Assembly (NCBI GenBank): GCA_027490255.1
Contig: JAIXYM010000038.1
Coordinates: forward strand, 6,233-70,232
Reading direction: 5' to 3'
Source of the DNA: Oxalobacteraceae bacterium
Lineage (GTDB): Bacteria > Pseudomonadota > Gammaproteobacteria > Burkholderiales > Burkholderiaceae_D
DNA length: 64,000 bases
The position numbers and the translations under genes are program-made. The notes under the pieces were generated by a model. It was not told where the DNA came from and did no database searches. It was given only the letters and a program-made list of their open reading frames with translations. Shown here piece after piece: positions 34,188-44,981 of the stretch (its first letter is position 1; each line of letters opens with the position of its first letter).

Positions 34188-34663
34188 TTTTTCAGCTCCT
34201 CCAGCAGGGCATCAATTTTATCGTTCGACATGTGGCTGCACATACGCTTGTTGTTGACCAACAGCACAGGTGCATCACCACAAGCACCCATGCACTCGCC
34301 TTCTACCAGAGTGAAATTACCATCTGCGGTGGTCTGGCGATAATCGATACCGAGTTTTTCCTTCAGATGGTTCGCCGCTTTTTCGCCACCCGAGAGTGCA
34401 CACGGCAGGTTGGTGCAAATCGTGATTTTCTGCTTGCCCAACGGTTTAAGGTTGTACATGTTGTAGAACGTGGCGACCTCTTGCACCGCAATCGCGGGCA
34501 TGCCAATGTAATCGGCGATGTCTTGCATCACCTCAGGCGCCAACCAGCCTGTTTCATCCTGCGCGATCGCGAGCGCAGCCATGACTGCCGACTGACGCTG
34601 ATCCGCTGGAAATTTTGCCAGTTCGCGATCTATTTTTTTGTACGCTTGCTCTGTTAACAGCAT
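34184..34663 (-). CDS. nuoE: NADH-quinone oxidoreductase subunit E
   Basis: [25 protein letters not shown]; start MLLTEQ at 34663. Confidence 0.97.
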   Translation of the reverse strand: MLLTEQAYKKIDRELAKFPADQRQSAVMAALAIAQDETGWLAPEVMQDIADYIGMPAIAVQEVATFYNMYNLKPLGKQKITICTNLPCALSGGEKAANHLKEKLGIDYRQTTADGNFTLVEGECMGACGDAPVLLVNNKRMCSHMSNDKIDALLEELKK

Positions 34664-34691
34664 TGTTTTGCCTTGTGGATGAATGCGTGAT

Positions 34692-35945
34692 TCAGCGATC
34701 AATCTCGCCGAACACGATGTCCTGGGTACCAATAATCGTTACTGCGTCAGCGATCATGTGCCCTTTCGCCATTTCATTGAGTCCCTGCAGGTGCGCATAA
34801 CCAGGCGCACGTATCTTCAGTCGGTAAGGCTTGTTCGCGCCGTCGGATACCAGATAGATACCAAACTCGCCTTTGGGATGCTCTACCGCTGCATAGGCCT
34901 CACCCTCAGGCACATGAAAACCTTCGGTGAATAACTTGAAGTGGTGAATCAGCTCTTCCATGTTCGACTTCATGTCGACGCGTGACGGCGGTGCGACCTT
35001 GTGGTTATCGCTCATCACCGGACCAGGATGATTGCGCAGCCATTCGATACATTGCTTGATGATGCGATTGGACTGACGCATTTCTTCAATACGAACCAGA
35101 TAGCGGTCATAGCAATCACCATTCACGCCGACGGGAATGTCGAAATCCATCAGGTCATAGACTTCGTAGGGCTGCTTCTTGCGCAAATCCCAGGCAATGC
35201 CCGAACCACGCAGCATGGGGCCGGTAAAGCCCATCGCCAGCGCACGTTCAGGTGATACGACACCGATACCTACTAGTCGCTGTTTCCAGATACGGTTGTC
35301 CGTCAGCAGTGTCTCGTATTCATCAACATAAGTCGGGAAACGATTGGTAAAGTCCTCAACGAAATCGAGCAAAGAACCCTGGCGATTTTCATTCAACCGA
35401 GCCATCGCCTTGTCATTGCGAATCAAGGATGCGGTGTACTGTGGCATGCTCTCCGGCAGGTCACGATAGACACCACCGGGACGGTAATAAGCAGCGTGCA
35501 GGCGCGCACCCGACACAGCTTCATAGCAATCCATTAGATCTTCACGCTCGCGGAAGGCGTAAAGGAACACGCCCATCGCACCCACGTCAAGCGCGTGCGC
35601 GCCCAACCACAGCAGATGATTCAGAAGACGAGTTATCTCATCAAACATCACGCGAATGTATTGCGCGCGCAGCGGTACTTCCAAGCCAAGTAGCTTCTCA
35701 ATGGCCATCACATACGCATGCTCATTGCACATCATCGATACATAATCGAGACGATCCATGTAGGGCACGGACTGCAGATAGGTACGCGTTTCAGCCAGTT
35801 TCTCGGTCGCGCGATGCAACAAGCCGATATGCGGATCAGCGCGCTGAATTACCTCGCCATCGAGTTCCAGCACTAGACGCAACACCCCATGCGCAGCAGG
35901 ATGCTGAGGGCCAAAATTGAGGGTGTAGTTCTTGATTTCAGCCAC
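34692..35945 (-). CDS. nuoD: NADH-quinone oxidoreductase subunit D
   Basis: [35 protein letters not shown]. The functional start is GTG at 35945 (417 aa), with an SD (GGAG) supplied by the upstream repeat spacer. Confidence 0.97.
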   Translation of the reverse strand: MAEIKNYTLNFGPQHPAAHGVLRLVLELDGEVIQRADPHIGLLHRATEKLAETRTYLQSVPYMDRLDYVSMMCNEHAYVMAIEKLLGLEVPLRAQYIRVMFDEITRLLNHLLWLGAHALDVGAMGVFLYAFREREDLMDCYEAVSGARLHAAYYRPGGVYRDLPESMPQYTASLIRNDKAMARLNENRQGSLLDFVEDFTNRFPTYVDEYETLLTDNRIWKQRLVGIGVVSPERALAMGFTGPMLRGSGIAWDLRKKQPYEVYDLMDFDIPVGVNGDCYDRYLVRIEEMRQSNRIIKQCIEWLRNHPGPVMSDNHKVAPPSRVDMKSNMEELIHHFKLFTEGFHVPEGEAYAAVEHPKGEFGIYLVSDGANKPYRLKIRAPGYAHLQGLNEMAKGHMIADAVTIIGTQDIVFGEIDR

Positions 35946-36235
35946 GACGCATCTCCCGCAACAAAACTTTGTTGCGCAGACCGGTGTATCTCTCAATTTC
36001 GGTGCAGGCTAACTTCGCGCTAGCGAAGTTAAGCGCACATCGCGCGCGGCCGGAGCCAAAATTGAGCGTGTAGTTCTTGATTTCAGCCACGATGCATCTC
36101 CCGCAACACAACTTTGTTACGCAGACCGGTGTATCTCTCAATTTCGGTGCAGGCTAACTTCGCGCTAGCGAAGTTAAGCGCGCATCGCGCGCGGCCGGAG
36201 CCAAAATTTAAGGTGTAGTTTTTTATCTCAGCCAT
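35911..36235 (-). repeat. Tandem array with a 145-bp period: three copies of the first 35 nt of nuoD separated by two 110-bp hairpin-rich spacers
   Basis: nuoD-start copies at 36201-36235, 36056-36090 and 35911-35945. Spacers 36091-36200 and 35946-36055 differ at 4 of 110 positions. Confidence 0.97.
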
Positions 36236-36237
36236 GA

Positions 36238-36834
36238 TTATTTCACCCCGTAATTCTCTTCGCGAATCACGCGCGGCACGTTTTCGCGCGGCTCGATAGT
36301 GACTGGCTGATAAATCACACGCTTTTGCTCAGGGTCGTAGCGCATCTCGACATAACCGCTGACAGGAAAATCTTTGCGGAACGGATGACCAATAAAACCA
36401 TAATCGGTGAGGATACGTCGCAGGTCATCGTGACCTTCAAACAAGATGCCAAACAAATCGAAGGCTTCACGCTCGTACCAATTAGCGGAGTTCCACAAAT
36501 CACTTACCGAGGGAGCCACAGGCAAATCATCATCGGGGGCAAAGGTACGCACACGAAGGCGCCAGTTGTGGGTGACGGACATCAGGTGCGAAACGACAGC
36601 GAAGCGCGCACCATGCCATGCACCATCACCATAGGATTCGTAATCGACACCGCACAGATCGAGCAATTGCTCAAAACGCAGCGAGGCATGGTCACGCAGG
36701 CTTTGCATCACCGACAAATATTCGGCCGCAGCCACAACGACTGTGATTTCGCCGAGCGCGACTGATACCGAACGGACGCGATCACCCAAGACTTCTTGAA
36801 GCGCCGATTCCAGTGTTACAAGTTTGGTTGTCAT
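36238..36834 (-). CDS. nuoC: NADH-quinone oxidoreductase subunit C
   Basis: [45 protein letters not shown]. Confidence 0.97.
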   Translation of the reverse strand: MTTKLVTLESALQEVLGDRVRSVSVALGEITVVVAAAEYLSVMQSLRDHASLRFEQLLDLCGVDYESYGDGAWHGARFAVVSHLMSVTHNWRLRVRTFAPDDDLPVAPSVSDLWNSANWYEREAFDLFGILFEGHDDLRRILTDYGFIGHPFRKDFPVSGYVEMRYDPEQKRVIYQPVTIEPRENVPRVIREENYGVK

Positions 36835-36851
36835 GATCCTGGCTTATCGTT

Positions 36852-37328
36852 TCAGCGTGCGATGGTGTTGGTTCGCCGAATTTTGTTTTGCAATTGCATG
36901 ATTCCGTACAACAGCGCCTCTGCGGTAGGCGGGCAACCAGGCACATAAATATCGACGGGCACAATACGATCACAACCTCGGACAACCGAATACGAGTAGT
37001 GATAGTAACCACCGCCATTCGCGCAAGAGCCCATGGAAATTACCCATCGTGGCTCGGCCATCTGGTCGTACACCTTGCGCAACGCGGGCGCCATTTTGTT
37101 GCAAAGCGTACCGGCGACGATCATCACATCCGATTGTCTTGGCGATGGACGAAAGACGACGCCAAAACGGTCGAGGTCATAGCGCGAAGCGCCCGCATGC
37201 ATCATTTCAACAGCGCAGCAGGCCAGCCCGAAGGTCATCGGCCACAATGAGCCGGTGCGCGTCCAGTTGATCAGTTTATCGGCCGTCGTGGTGACAAAGC
37301 CTTCGTTCATGATTCCGTCAATCGCCAT
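36852..37328 (-). CDS. nuoB: NADH-quinone oxidoreductase subunit B
   Basis: [29 protein letters not shown]. Confidence 0.98.
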   Translation of the reverse strand: MAIDGIMNEGFVTTTADKLINWTRTGSLWPMTFGLACCAVEMMHAGASRYDLDRFGVVFRPSPRQSDVMIVAGTLCNKMAPALRKVYDQMAEPRWVISMGSCANGGGYYHYSYSVVRGCDRIVPVDIYVPGCPPTAEALLYGIMQLQNKIRRTNTIAR

Positions 37329-37331
37329 CGC

Positions 37332-37691
37332 TTATTCCCAATCCAGAGCGCCTTTTTTCCATTCAAAAATCAGGCCAACGACCAACACACCCAGAAAAAT
37401 CATCATCGCCCAGAAGCCAAGCAGCCCGATGTCACTCATGGCAACCGCCCAGGGCACAAGGAATGCGACTTCAAGGTCAAAGAGAATGAAAAGAATCGCA
37501 ACAAGGTAATAGCGCACGTCGAATTTCATGCGCGCGTCTTCAAAAGCTTCGAAGCCGCATTCGTAAGCGGACGTTTTTTCTGCATCAGGATGATGCGGTC
37601 CAAGCAGACGACCCAGTATCTGCGGTGCTACGCCGACAGCAATACCGACACCGATGAAGAGCAGTATTGGAAGGTAATTCTCGAGGTTCAC
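37332..37691 (-). CDS. nuoA: NADH-quinone oxidoreductase subunit A
   Basis: [36 protein letters not shown]; GTG start. Confidence 0.97.
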   Translation of the reverse strand: MNLENYLPILLFIGVGIAVGVAPQILGRLLGPHHPDAEKTSAYECGFEAFEDARMKFDVRYYLVAILFILFDLEVAFLVPWAVAMSDIGLLGFWAMMIFLGVLVVGLIFEWKKGALDWE

Positions 37692-37904
37692 GATATCCTC
37701 AGTTCAAAACGATGATTATGTTTGTGGAAGCACTGGTAAAAACTACACCCGGAAACTTTTGTGGCTGCAAAACCGGCGCCGAGAATTTCTCTTCCTGACG
37801 ACCGCGCTATACAGCTACGCTGGCTCGCTATGAAACGCCGATTTTTCAGCATCTCCCTGCAACAAATCAATTTTCAGCCATACAGCCAGGCCGGCCATTT
37901 CAGC

Positions 37905-37935
37905 AAAAAGCCAGCTCGGGGGATCCCCTGCTGGC
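37905..37935 (-). terminator. Possible terminator after tRNA-Leu
   Basis: GCCAGC...GCTGGC stem with inner G/C pairing, followed by TTTTT on the minus strand. Confidence 0.5.
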
Positions 37936-37973
37936 CTGCTCGGAATCGCCGGGATTCCTGTTCCTGTTTTGAC

Positions 37974-38058
37974 TGGTGCCGACGGCGAGACTCGAACTCG
38001 CACAGCTTTCGCCACTACCCCCTCAAGATAGCGTGTCTACCAATTTCACCACGTCGGC
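37974..38058 (-). tRNA. tRNA-Leu(GAG)
   Basis: GCCGACGTGGTGAAATTGGTAGACACGCTATCTTGAGGGGGTAGTGGCGAAAGCTGTGCGAGTTCGAGTCTCGCCGTCGGCACCA: 85 nt, long variable arm, anticodon GAG, TTCGA loop, encoded CCA. Confidence 0.96.
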
Positions 38059-38131
38059 AAAAACCCCCGCATTTTAACCCGCTTTGACCCCTGATCTCAA
38101 TGCAGATTTGACAGCATTCATTAACAAGAGA

Positions 38132-38494
38132 TTATTTAGGGATTTCGTTCGATTTATTCTGTGGTTTCGAAGCATCCGGCATACCGGGCGCAGTCGTTGC
38201 TGGTTTAGCTGGCGTTGTTACCTGATCCATCACACCCGCACCGGACGTGCTGGCCGGTCTGCTGCCGATGAAGCTCAGCGCGAGCGTCGCCGCAAAAAAC
38301 ACGGCTGCGGCAACACCGGTAGATCTGGAGAGAAAGTTTGAAGATCCGCTTGCGCCAAACAGACTCCCGGATGCGCCCGAACCAAAGGCAGCCCCCATAT
38401 CGGCGCCTTTACCGTGCTGTAAAAGCACCAAGCCAATGATCATTAGTGCCGTAACGACCTGAATGACAATGATGATTGCGTGTAAGTTGTTCAT
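38132..38494 (-). CDS. secG: Preprotein translocase subunit SecG
   Basis: LVLLQHGKGADMGAAFGSGASGSLFGASGSSNFLSR.T. Confidence 0.97.
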   Translation of the reverse strand: MNNLHAIIIVIQVVTALMIIGLVLLQHGKGADMGAAFGSGASGSLFGASGSSNFLSRSTGVAAAVFFAATLALSFIGSRPASTSGAGVMDQVTTPAKPATTAPGMPDASKPQNKSNEIPK

Positions 38495-38575
38495 ATTGAA
38501 ATTTTTTCCATTTTAATAATATTTTGTTTCATTTTTTAAATCTCAGCGCATTCGAGAGCGCAAAAAGCGTATTAC

Positions 38576-39334
38576 TCAGGCCGATCTCGCAATGGCGAGG
38601 AAATCCTCCGCCTTGAGCGAGGCCCCACCTATCAGTCCGCCATCAATATCGGCCATCGCCAACAGATCACGCGCGTTGTCCGGCTTCATGCTGCCACCGT
38701 AAAGCAGGCGAACTCCGCTACCGGCGACAGCGTCAGCACCGACCAGCAATCTCCGCAGCTGCGCGTGAACTTGCTGAGCCATCTCTGGCGTGGCGGTTTT
38801 ACCCGTACCAATAGCCCACACGGGCTCATAGGCAACAACGATCTTTCCCAACTGCTGGCCGAGCACATCCAATACAGCCTTGAGCTGGCGGGACACAACA
38901 CTGTCGGTATGACCGGCTTCACGCTCTTCGAGGGTTTCGCCAACACAGACAATGGGTGTGAGTCCACACGCCAGGGCTTGCAATGCCTTGCCGGCCACAA
39001 TGGCATCGGTCTCGCCATGAAGACTACGACGCTCAGAGTGTCCGACGATCACGAACTGACAACCAAAATCACGCAACATCGCACCTGACACTTCACCGGT
39101 ATAGGCACCTGACGCATGCAGCGACAGGTCCTGCCCACCCCAGGCCACTACCGAGCCAGAAAGCGCCGATTGGGCCTGCGCTAAGTACGGTGACGGCACA
39201 CAGACAGTCAGATCCGCGGCAAGCCCGCCGGCGCCGGAGCGTATGCCCTCGAGCAGCACTGCGTTGGCGGCGACGCTACCATTCATTTTCCAGTTACCGG
39301 CAATGAGTGTGCGTCGCATTGTTGTCTGATTCAT
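38576..39334 (-). CDS. tpiA: Triosephosphate isomerase
   Basis: [43 protein letters not shown]; the start may be ATG 39319. Confidence 0.98.
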   Translation of the reverse strand: MNQTTMRRTLIAGNWKMNGSVAANAVLLEGIRSGAGGLAADLTVCVPSPYLAQAQSALSGSVVAWGGQDLSLHASGAYTGEVSGAMLRDFGCQFVIVGHSERRSLHGETDAIVAGKALQALACGLTPIVCVGETLEEREAGHTDSVVSRQLKAVLDVLGQQLGKIVVAYEPVWAIGTGKTATPEMAQQVHAQLRRLLVGADAVAGSGVRLLYGGSMKPDNARDLLAMADIDGGLIGGASLKAEDFLAIARSA

Positions 39335-39383
39335 GAATAACCCGTGATTTTATCCTGTGGGCTGAAAACCGGTCAAACCAGCA

Positions 39384-40364
39384 TCAGACGACCGTCAGCA
39401 TGATTTTGCCCACATGCGTGCTGGTTTCCATCAGTGCATGGGCATCGGCCGCCCGTGCCAACGGGAAGGTCTGGTAAATCACGGGTTTGATCACGCCAGT
39501 TTCGAGCAGGGGCCAGACTTTCTGGTGCAGATGCTGCGCAACTTCCTGTTTGAAGGCGATCGGGCGCGGACGCAGAGTCGACCCGGTGACCGTCAGCCGT
39601 CGCCGCAAGATCTCACCGAAATTCACCTCACCTTTGACACCACCGAGCAAGGCAATGATCACCAGCCGGCCATCATCGGCCAGACAATTGATTTCACGGT
39701 TGACGTAATCACCCGCCACCATATCGAGGATCACATTCACGCCAGCACCACCGGTCGCGGATTTGATGACTTCCACAAAATCTTCGGTGCGATAGTTAAT
39801 GCCCCGCTCTGCTCCAAAACCTTCACAAGCACGGCATTTGTCATCCGTACCGGCTGTCGCGAAAACACGGTGACCCATGGCGCGCGCCATCTGGATTGCC
39901 GTCACACCGATACCGGAGCTACCACCCTGCACCAGCAGCGTTTCGTCACCAGAGAGCTTAGCTCGCATAAACAAATTGCTGTACACCGTGAAAAATGTTT
40001 CAGGTAGCGAGGCTGCTTCCAACAAGGACAGACCCTTGGGTACGGGCAGGCACTGCGCGACAGGCGCTGCACAGTACTCGGCATAACCACCGCCCTGCAC
40101 CAGCGCACAAACCATATCGCCTTTTTTCAGTGTGCTACCAGCAAGATCACCATCAACAATCTCGCCCGCTACTTCAAGGCCTGGAATATCAGAGGCGCCC
40201 GCCGGTACCGGATAGTTGCCGGTACGCTGAAGCACGTCAGGCCGATTCACGCCAGCAGCATGCACCTTGATCATTACCTCGCCAGCCTTGAGCACAGGCA
40301 TCGGGCGTTCGGCAGGTTTTAGCACCTCGGGACCACCGGGTTGGACGATTTCTATCGCTTGCAT
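39384..40364 (-). CDS. NAD(P)H-quinone oxidoreductase, zeta-crystallin/MDR family
   Basis: AAGVNRPDVLQR.G.YP, PGLEVAG, VQGGSSGIG, HVGKIML. Confidence 0.92.
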   Translation of the reverse strand: MQAIEIVQPGGPEVLKPAERPMPVLKAGEVMIKVHAAGVNRPDVLQRTGNYPVPAGASDIPGLEVAGEIVDGDLAGSTLKKGDMVCALVQGGGYAEYCAAPVAQCLPVPKGLSLLEAASLPETFFTVYSNLFMRAKLSGDETLLVQGGSSGIGVTAIQMARAMGHRVFATAGTDDKCRACEGFGAERGINYRTEDFVEVIKSATGGAGVNVILDMVAGDYVNREINCLADDGRLVIIALLGGVKGEVNFGEILRRRLTVTGSTLRPRPIAFKQEVAQHLHQKVWPLLETGVIKPVIYQTFPLARAADAHALMETSTHVGKIMLTVV

Positions 40365-40413
40365 GAGTGTCTCCTATGTTTTTTCAGCGCTCTGACGGTT
40401 GGCCATAAAGAGC

Positions 40414-40442
40414 AAAAAGCCGTCCGCAGAGCGGACGGCTTT
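40414..40442 (-). terminator. Intrinsic terminator after pnp
   Basis: AAAGCCGTCCGC-N3-GCGGACGGCTTT stem followed by a T-run on the minus strand. Confidence 0.82.
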
Positions 40443-40470
40443 CATGGTCGCAGTACAGCGACCCGTTTAC

Positions 40471-42597
40471 TTACTGCTGCGCGACCTCGCCACCGTCTTC
40501 TGCCATCGCTGCCTTCATCGACAACTTGAGGCGACCACGGTCATCGGTTTCCAGAACTTTGACACGCACTTGCTGACCTTCTTTCAGGTAGTCAGCGACG
40601 GCATTCACACGCTCGTTAGCAATCTGGCTGATGTGAAGCAGACCGTCCTTGCCGGGCATGACCTGAACGATCGCACCGAAGTCCAGCAGCTTAAGCACAA
40701 CGCCGTCATAAATCTTGCCAACTTCAACGGAGGCTGTGAGTTCTTCGACACGCCGTTTGGCTTCCTGACCCGCCGCCGCATCCACCGACGCAATCGTCAC
40801 CACACCTTCATCGGTAATGTCGATCTGGGTACCGGTTTCTTCAGTCAGTGCACGAATCACCGCACCGCCTTTGCCGATCACATCACGGATCTTCTCTGGA
40901 TTGATGCGAATCGTGATCAGGCGTGGCGCAAAATTCGACAGCTCAGTACGGCCATGCGGCATGGCTTCCTGCATCTTGCCAAGAATGTGTACGCGACCTT
41001 CTTTTGCCTGTGCCAGCGCGACTTGCATGATTTCTTTGGTGATGCCCTGAATCTTGATGTCCATCTGCAGCGCAGTAATGCCATTGGCAGTACCAGCCAC
41101 TTTGAAGTCCATGTCGCCCAGATGATCTTCATCGCCTAGGATGTCGGAGAGGACCGCAAATTTGCTGCCTTCCTTAATCAGACCCATCGCGATACCCGCG
41201 ACGTGCGCTTTGAGAGGCATGCCAGCATCCATCAGCGCCAAACTGCCGCCACAGACCGATGCCATCGATGAAGAACCATTCGACTCGGTGATTTCAGATA
41301 CCAGACGTACCGAGTAGCTGAATTCATCAGCAGCAGGCAAGGCAGCGATCAGCGCGCGCTTGGCCAAACGACCGTGCCCAATCTCGCGGCGTTTAGGCGA
41401 GCCCACGCGACCCGTTTCGCCGGTGGCGAAAGGAGGCATGTTGTAGTGAAGCATAAAGCGATCGCTGTACTCACCCGTCAGTGAATCGATTTTTTGTTCG
41501 TCACGTGCCGTGCCCAAGGTCGCAACGACCAGTGCCTGAGTTTCACCGCGTGTAAACAGTGCGGAGCCGTGCGTACGTGGCAGCACACTGGTGCGAATGG
41601 AAATCGGACGCACGGTACGTGTGTCACGACCATCGATACGCGGCTCGCCATCGAGAATCTGCGAGCGAACGATTTTTGACTCGAGATCAAACATCACATT
41701 ACCCACATCCGCCGAATCCGGTGCCGAGGTGCCTGCCGCTGCAGCATCTGCGGCCAGTGCAGCGCTGACTTCGCTGCTGATTTGACGCAGTTTGTCAGTA
41801 CGCGCCTGCTTTTCCTTGGTCGCGAAGGCTTCACGCAGTTTGCCTTCGGCCAGTTCGGTTACGCGTGTGATCAGCGCTTCGTTTTTAGGTGCGGGGCTCC
41901 ATGACACTTCGGGTTTGCCGCCGTCTCGCACCAGATCATGGATCGCATCGATCACAGCTTTCATATGATCGTGACCAAACACAACCGCGCCCAACATGAT
42001 TTCTTCAGACAGTTCTTTGGCTTCGGATTCCACCATCAGCACAGCCGTTTCAGTACCCGCCACGACCAGATCCATCTGGGAGTTCGGCAACTGTGACAAG
42101 GTAGGATTGAGCACATACTGACCATCGATATAACCAACGCGGGCTGCACCAATCGGGCCATTGAATGGGATACCGGCCACGCACAAAGCAGCAGAGGCAC
42201 CAATCATCGCGGGGATATCCGGATCGATATCTGGGTTGACCGACAATACGTGAATGATGACCTGAACTTCGTTCAGATAGCCTTCTGGGAATAGCGGACG
42301 AATCGGACGGTCAATCAGACGCGATGTCAGCGTCTCTTTTTCTGACGGACGGCCTTCACGCTTGAAGAAGCCACCGGGAATACGACCAGCAGCATAAGTT
42401 TTTTCCACATAATCCACGGTCAGCGGAAAGAAATCCTGACCTGGCTTGGCATCCTTGCGTGCAACCACCGTGGCAAGCACAACGGTATCTTCGACCGAGA
42501 CCATCACGGCGCCGGAGGCCTGACGTGCGATCTCGCCGGTTTCCAGTGTCACGGTATGTTGGCCGTACTGGAAGGTTTTCGTAACTTTATTGAACAT
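40471..42597 (-). CDS. pnp: Polyribonucleotide nucleotidyltransferase
   Basis: [49 protein letters not shown], followed by KH and S1 domains. Confidence 0.98.
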   Translation of the reverse strand: MFNKVTKTFQYGQHTVTLETGEIARQASGAVMVSVEDTVVLATVVARKDAKPGQDFFPLTVDYVEKTYAAGRIPGGFFKREGRPSEKETLTSRLIDRPIRPLFPEGYLNEVQVIIHVLSVNPDIDPDIPAMIGASAALCVAGIPFNGPIGAARVGYIDGQYVLNPTLSQLPNSQMDLVVAGTETAVLMVESEAKELSEEIMLGAVVFGHDHMKAVIDAIHDLVRDGGKPEVSWSPAPKNEALITRVTELAEGKLREAFATKEKQARTDKLRQISSEVSAALAADAAAAGTSAPDSADVGNVMFDLESKIVRSQILDGEPRIDGRDTRTVRPISIRTSVLPRTHGSALFTRGETQALVVATLGTARDEQKIDSLTGEYSDRFMLHYNMPPFATGETGRVGSPKRREIGHGRLAKRALIAALPAADEFSYSVRLVSEITESNGSSSMASVCGGSLALMDAGMPLKAHVAGIAMGLIKEGSKFAVLSDILGDEDHLGDMDFKVAGTANGITALQMDIKIQGITKEIMQVALAQAKEGRVHILGKMQEAMPHGRTELSNFAPRLITIRINPEKIRDVIGKGGAVIRALTEETGTQIDITDEGVVTIASVDAAAGQEAKRRVEELTASVEVGKIYDGVVLKLLDFGAIVQVMPGKDGLLHISQIANERVNAVADYLKEGQQVRVKVLETDDRGRLKLSMKAAMAEDGGEVAQQ

Positions 42598-42716
42598 TGA
42601 GTAATTCCTTTCTATTTTTGCCGACAGATTTTCAGGCGCTGTCGTTCACCTCACCACGGGCGATCCCTAGGGCCGCCTTGCTTCTACAGACTCAATCTTT
42701 TAGTACACGCATTGCT

Positions 42717-42758
42717 TTAAAAAAAGAAATGCCCGCATCAGAGAACTGATACAGGCAT
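42717..42758 (-). terminator. Hairpin plus T-run after rpsO
   Basis: ATGCCTGTATCAG-TTCT-CTGATGCGGGCAT (13 bp including G-U pairs on the minus strand), then TTCTTTTT. Confidence 0.7.
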
Positions 42759-42782
42759 CTGTGGTTGGGCGACTGGCAAAAA

Positions 42783-43052
42783 TTATTTACGCAGACCCAG
42801 TTTTTCGATCAGTGCGCGGTAACGGTCAACGTCTTTGCGCTTCAGGTAAGCCAGAAGGCTTTTACGACGATTGACCATCATGATCAGGCCGCGGCGGGAG
42901 TGATGATCCTTGGCGTGGGCCTTGAAGTGACCGTTGAGTTCGTTGATACGTGCGGTCAACAGAGCCACCTGAACTTCTGGCGAGCCCGTGTCGTTTTGCG
43001 CACGTGCATTGGCCGCGATGACGGCGGCTTTGCTTTCTTTCGTTACTGACAT
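42783..43052 (-). CDS. rpsO: 30S ribosomal protein S15
   Basis: [25 protein letters not shown]. Confidence 0.98.
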   Translation of the reverse strand: MSVTKESKAAVIAANARAQNDTGSPEVQVALLTARINELNGHFKAHAKDHHSRRGLIMMVNRRKSLLAYLKRKDVDRYRALIEKLGLRK

Positions 43053-43243
43053 GGTTTTTACCTTTCACATGCGGCGTCCAGAGTCGAAACCCTTAGTGCC
43101 GTGACAACAAAAAATCTGACCCGGATTAGGCCAAGGCGGGAGTATAGCGGAAATGCCCGCCCCGGCACAGCGCGGAGAGGCAAATGGCCGGGAATTAGGC
43201 AATTTATTTTCAAAAAGCTATTCCCCGGCAAGCATCGGGACGT

Positions 43244-44788
43244 TTACATCTGCGGATTGAGCTTTTCGGTCTTGGAATGCAGCTTGTTTAAGGCTGACAG
43301 GTAGGCCTTGGCGGAGGCCACGACAATGTCAAGGTCCGCACCCACACCATTGACAATCCGACCGCTTTTGGAAAGACGCATCGTTACCTCGCCTTGCGAT
43401 TGTGTCCCGGTGGTGATGGCATTCACCGAAAACAACAGCAACTCGGCGCCGCTTTGGGTCTGCGTTTCAATGGCATTGACGATAGCGTCGACGGGACCAT
43501 TGCCATCACCCTCACAACTCACCTCTCTGCCACCCATAGAAAAAACGACGCGGGCATGAGGTTTCTCGCCCGTCTCCGAGCGCTGCGAGAGCGATACGAA
43601 CTGGTAATGCTCTTTCTCATGCGATTGCTGCTCATCCGACACCAGCGCCATGATGTCTTCGTCAAAAATCTCGGACTTGCGGTCCGCTAGTTCCTTGAAA
43701 CGCGCAAACGCCGCGTTTACCTCAGCCTCGGAGTCGAGGGTAATGCCCAATTCATCGAGACGCTGCTTGAATGCATTCCGACCGGAGAGCTTGCCCAACA
43801 CGATCTTGTTGGCGCTCCAGCCCACATCTTCGGCCCGCATGATTTCATAGGTATCGCGGGCTTTGAGAATGCCATCTTGGTGGATGCCGGAGGCGTGAGC
43901 GAAGGCATTCGCCCCAACCACCGCCTTATTGGGCTGCACCGCAAAACCTGTGATCTGCGAGACGAGCTTGGAGGTCGGCACGATCTGCGTAGTGTCGATA
44001 CCCACCTCAAGACCAAAGTGATCCTTGCGGGTACGCACCGCCATGATGATCTCTTCCAGCGCCGTATTGCCAGCGCGCTCGCCCAGACCGTTGATCGTGC
44101 ACTCCACCTGACGCGCACCACCAATCATGACCCCCGCGAGCGAATTTGCCACCGCCATGCCGAGGTCGTTATGACAATGCACGGACCACACCGCCTTGTC
44201 GGAATTCGGTATGCGCTCGCGCAGGGTTCTGAGCATCTGACCGTAGAGCTCGGGCACGCCATAACCGACGGTATCGGCAAAGTTAATCGTCGTAGCACCC
44301 TCGTCGATCACCGCCTCGAGCACACGGCAAAGGAAATCCATGTCGGAACGGCTGCCGTCCTCGGGACTGAACTCCACATCATCGGTGAATTGCCGGGCGA
44401 ACCTGACCGCCTGTCGTGCCTGCTCATAGACCTGATCCGGCGACATACGCAGCTTTTTCTCCATGTGTAGCGGCGAGGTTGCTATGAAAGTGTGAATACG
44501 CTTCCGCGGCGCCGGCGCCAGTGCTTCGGCAGCGCGGGAGATATCCCGGTCATTGGCACGGGAGAGCGAACAGACCACCGAATCCTTGATGATGCCCGCG
44601 ATCGCCTTGATGGCTTCGAAATCACCCGGCGAGGAGGCTGCAAACCCCGCCTCAATAACGTCAACTTTCAGACGCTCTAGCTGACGTGCAATCCGAATTT
44701 TTTCTTCCTTAGTCATCGAGGCGCCGGGCGACTGCTCACCATCACGCAAAGTGGTATCAAAAATGATCAGCTTGTTCGAATCAGCCAT
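43244..44788 (-). CDS. leuA: 2-isopropylmalate synthase
   Basis: [38 protein letters not shown], and a C-terminal regulatory domain. Confidence 0.98.
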   Translation of the reverse strand: MADSNKLIIFDTTLRDGEQSPGASMTKEEKIRIARQLERLKVDVIEAGFAASSPGDFEAIKAIAGIIKDSVVCSLSRANDRDISRAAEALAPAPRKRIHTFIATSPLHMEKKLRMSPDQVYEQARQAVRFARQFTDDVEFSPEDGSRSDMDFLCRVLEAVIDEGATTINFADTVGYGVPELYGQMLRTLRERIPNSDKAVWSVHCHNDLGMAVANSLAGVMIGGARQVECTINGLGERAGNTALEEIIMAVRTRKDHFGLEVGIDTTQIVPTSKLVSQITGFAVQPNKAVVGANAFAHASGIHQDGILKARDTYEIMRAEDVGWSANKIVLGKLSGRNAFKQRLDELGITLDSEAEVNAAFARFKELADRKSEIFDEDIMALVSDEQQSHEKEHYQFVSLSQRSETGEKPHARVVFSMGGREVSCEGDGNGPVDAIVNAIETQTQSGAELLLFSVNAITTGTQSQGEVTMRLSKSGRIVNGVGADLDIVVASAKAYLSALNKLHSKTEKLNPQM

Positions 44789-44896
44789 TTCGGGCTCCTG
44801 AGGTTAATGCTGCTGGTAGCTATATTTTCGCCTGCCCGGGCCAACTTTGCCTGAGCGGGTGATAAACGAATTGTGGGGAAATGGAGGTCTGCGCTG

Positions 44897-44974
44897 TCAG
44901 CGCAGTAGATACAGCAGCAGGCCAGAACGGCAGCTGCACGAGGTGATTTTGGTGAGAGCAAATAAGCTTGTCAT
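44897..44974 (-). CDS. Putative leuA leader peptide, 25 aa (MTSLFALTKITSCSCRSGLLLYLLR)
   Basis: Ends CTG CTG CTG TAT CTA CTG CGC TGA (5 Leu in the last 7 codons) about 110 nt upstream of leuA; the stop codon is overlapped by the hairpin CTGCGCT-GAC-AGCGCAG. Confidence 0.7.
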   Translation of the reverse strand: MTSLFALTKITSCSCRSGLLLYLLR

Positions 44975-44981
44975 GAGGGAA

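Noticed and set aside
36006-36035. Integron attC site in the nuo spacer (GCTTAAC...GTTAGCC on the minus strand)
   Set aside because: It resembles the RYYYAAC/GTT core boxes, but the hairpin is only about 28 bp, well below known attC lengths. It has no L boxes, and no intI is present.
34692-36141. ORF-track N-terminal extensions MRDTPVC... for nuoD (35996) and the 35938-36141 ORF
   Set aside because: These starts fall inside the repeat spacers; the SD-supported starts are GTG 35945 and GTG 36090.
22892-37691. Unusual nuo gene content
   Set aside because: All 14 subunits A-N are present in canonical order with separate nuoC and nuoD; only the C-D junction is unusual.
37974-38058. tRNA-Leu as an island integration site
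   Set aside because: No duplicated tRNA 3' end, integrase or foreign DNA is nearby; secG-tRNA-nuoA is intact.
40399-41139. Long antisense ORFs opposite core genes (also 429-1214, 16581-17288, 18919-19605, 43877-44470, 50229-50804, 61283-61921, 62234-63037)
   Set aside because: These are shadow frames of GC-rich codon usage, fully opposite well-identified genes, with no recognisable motifs.
43053-43110. S15 autoregulatory leader upstream of rpsO
   Set aside because: Plausible by position, but I could not identify a convincing fold by eye; it needs an Rfam search.
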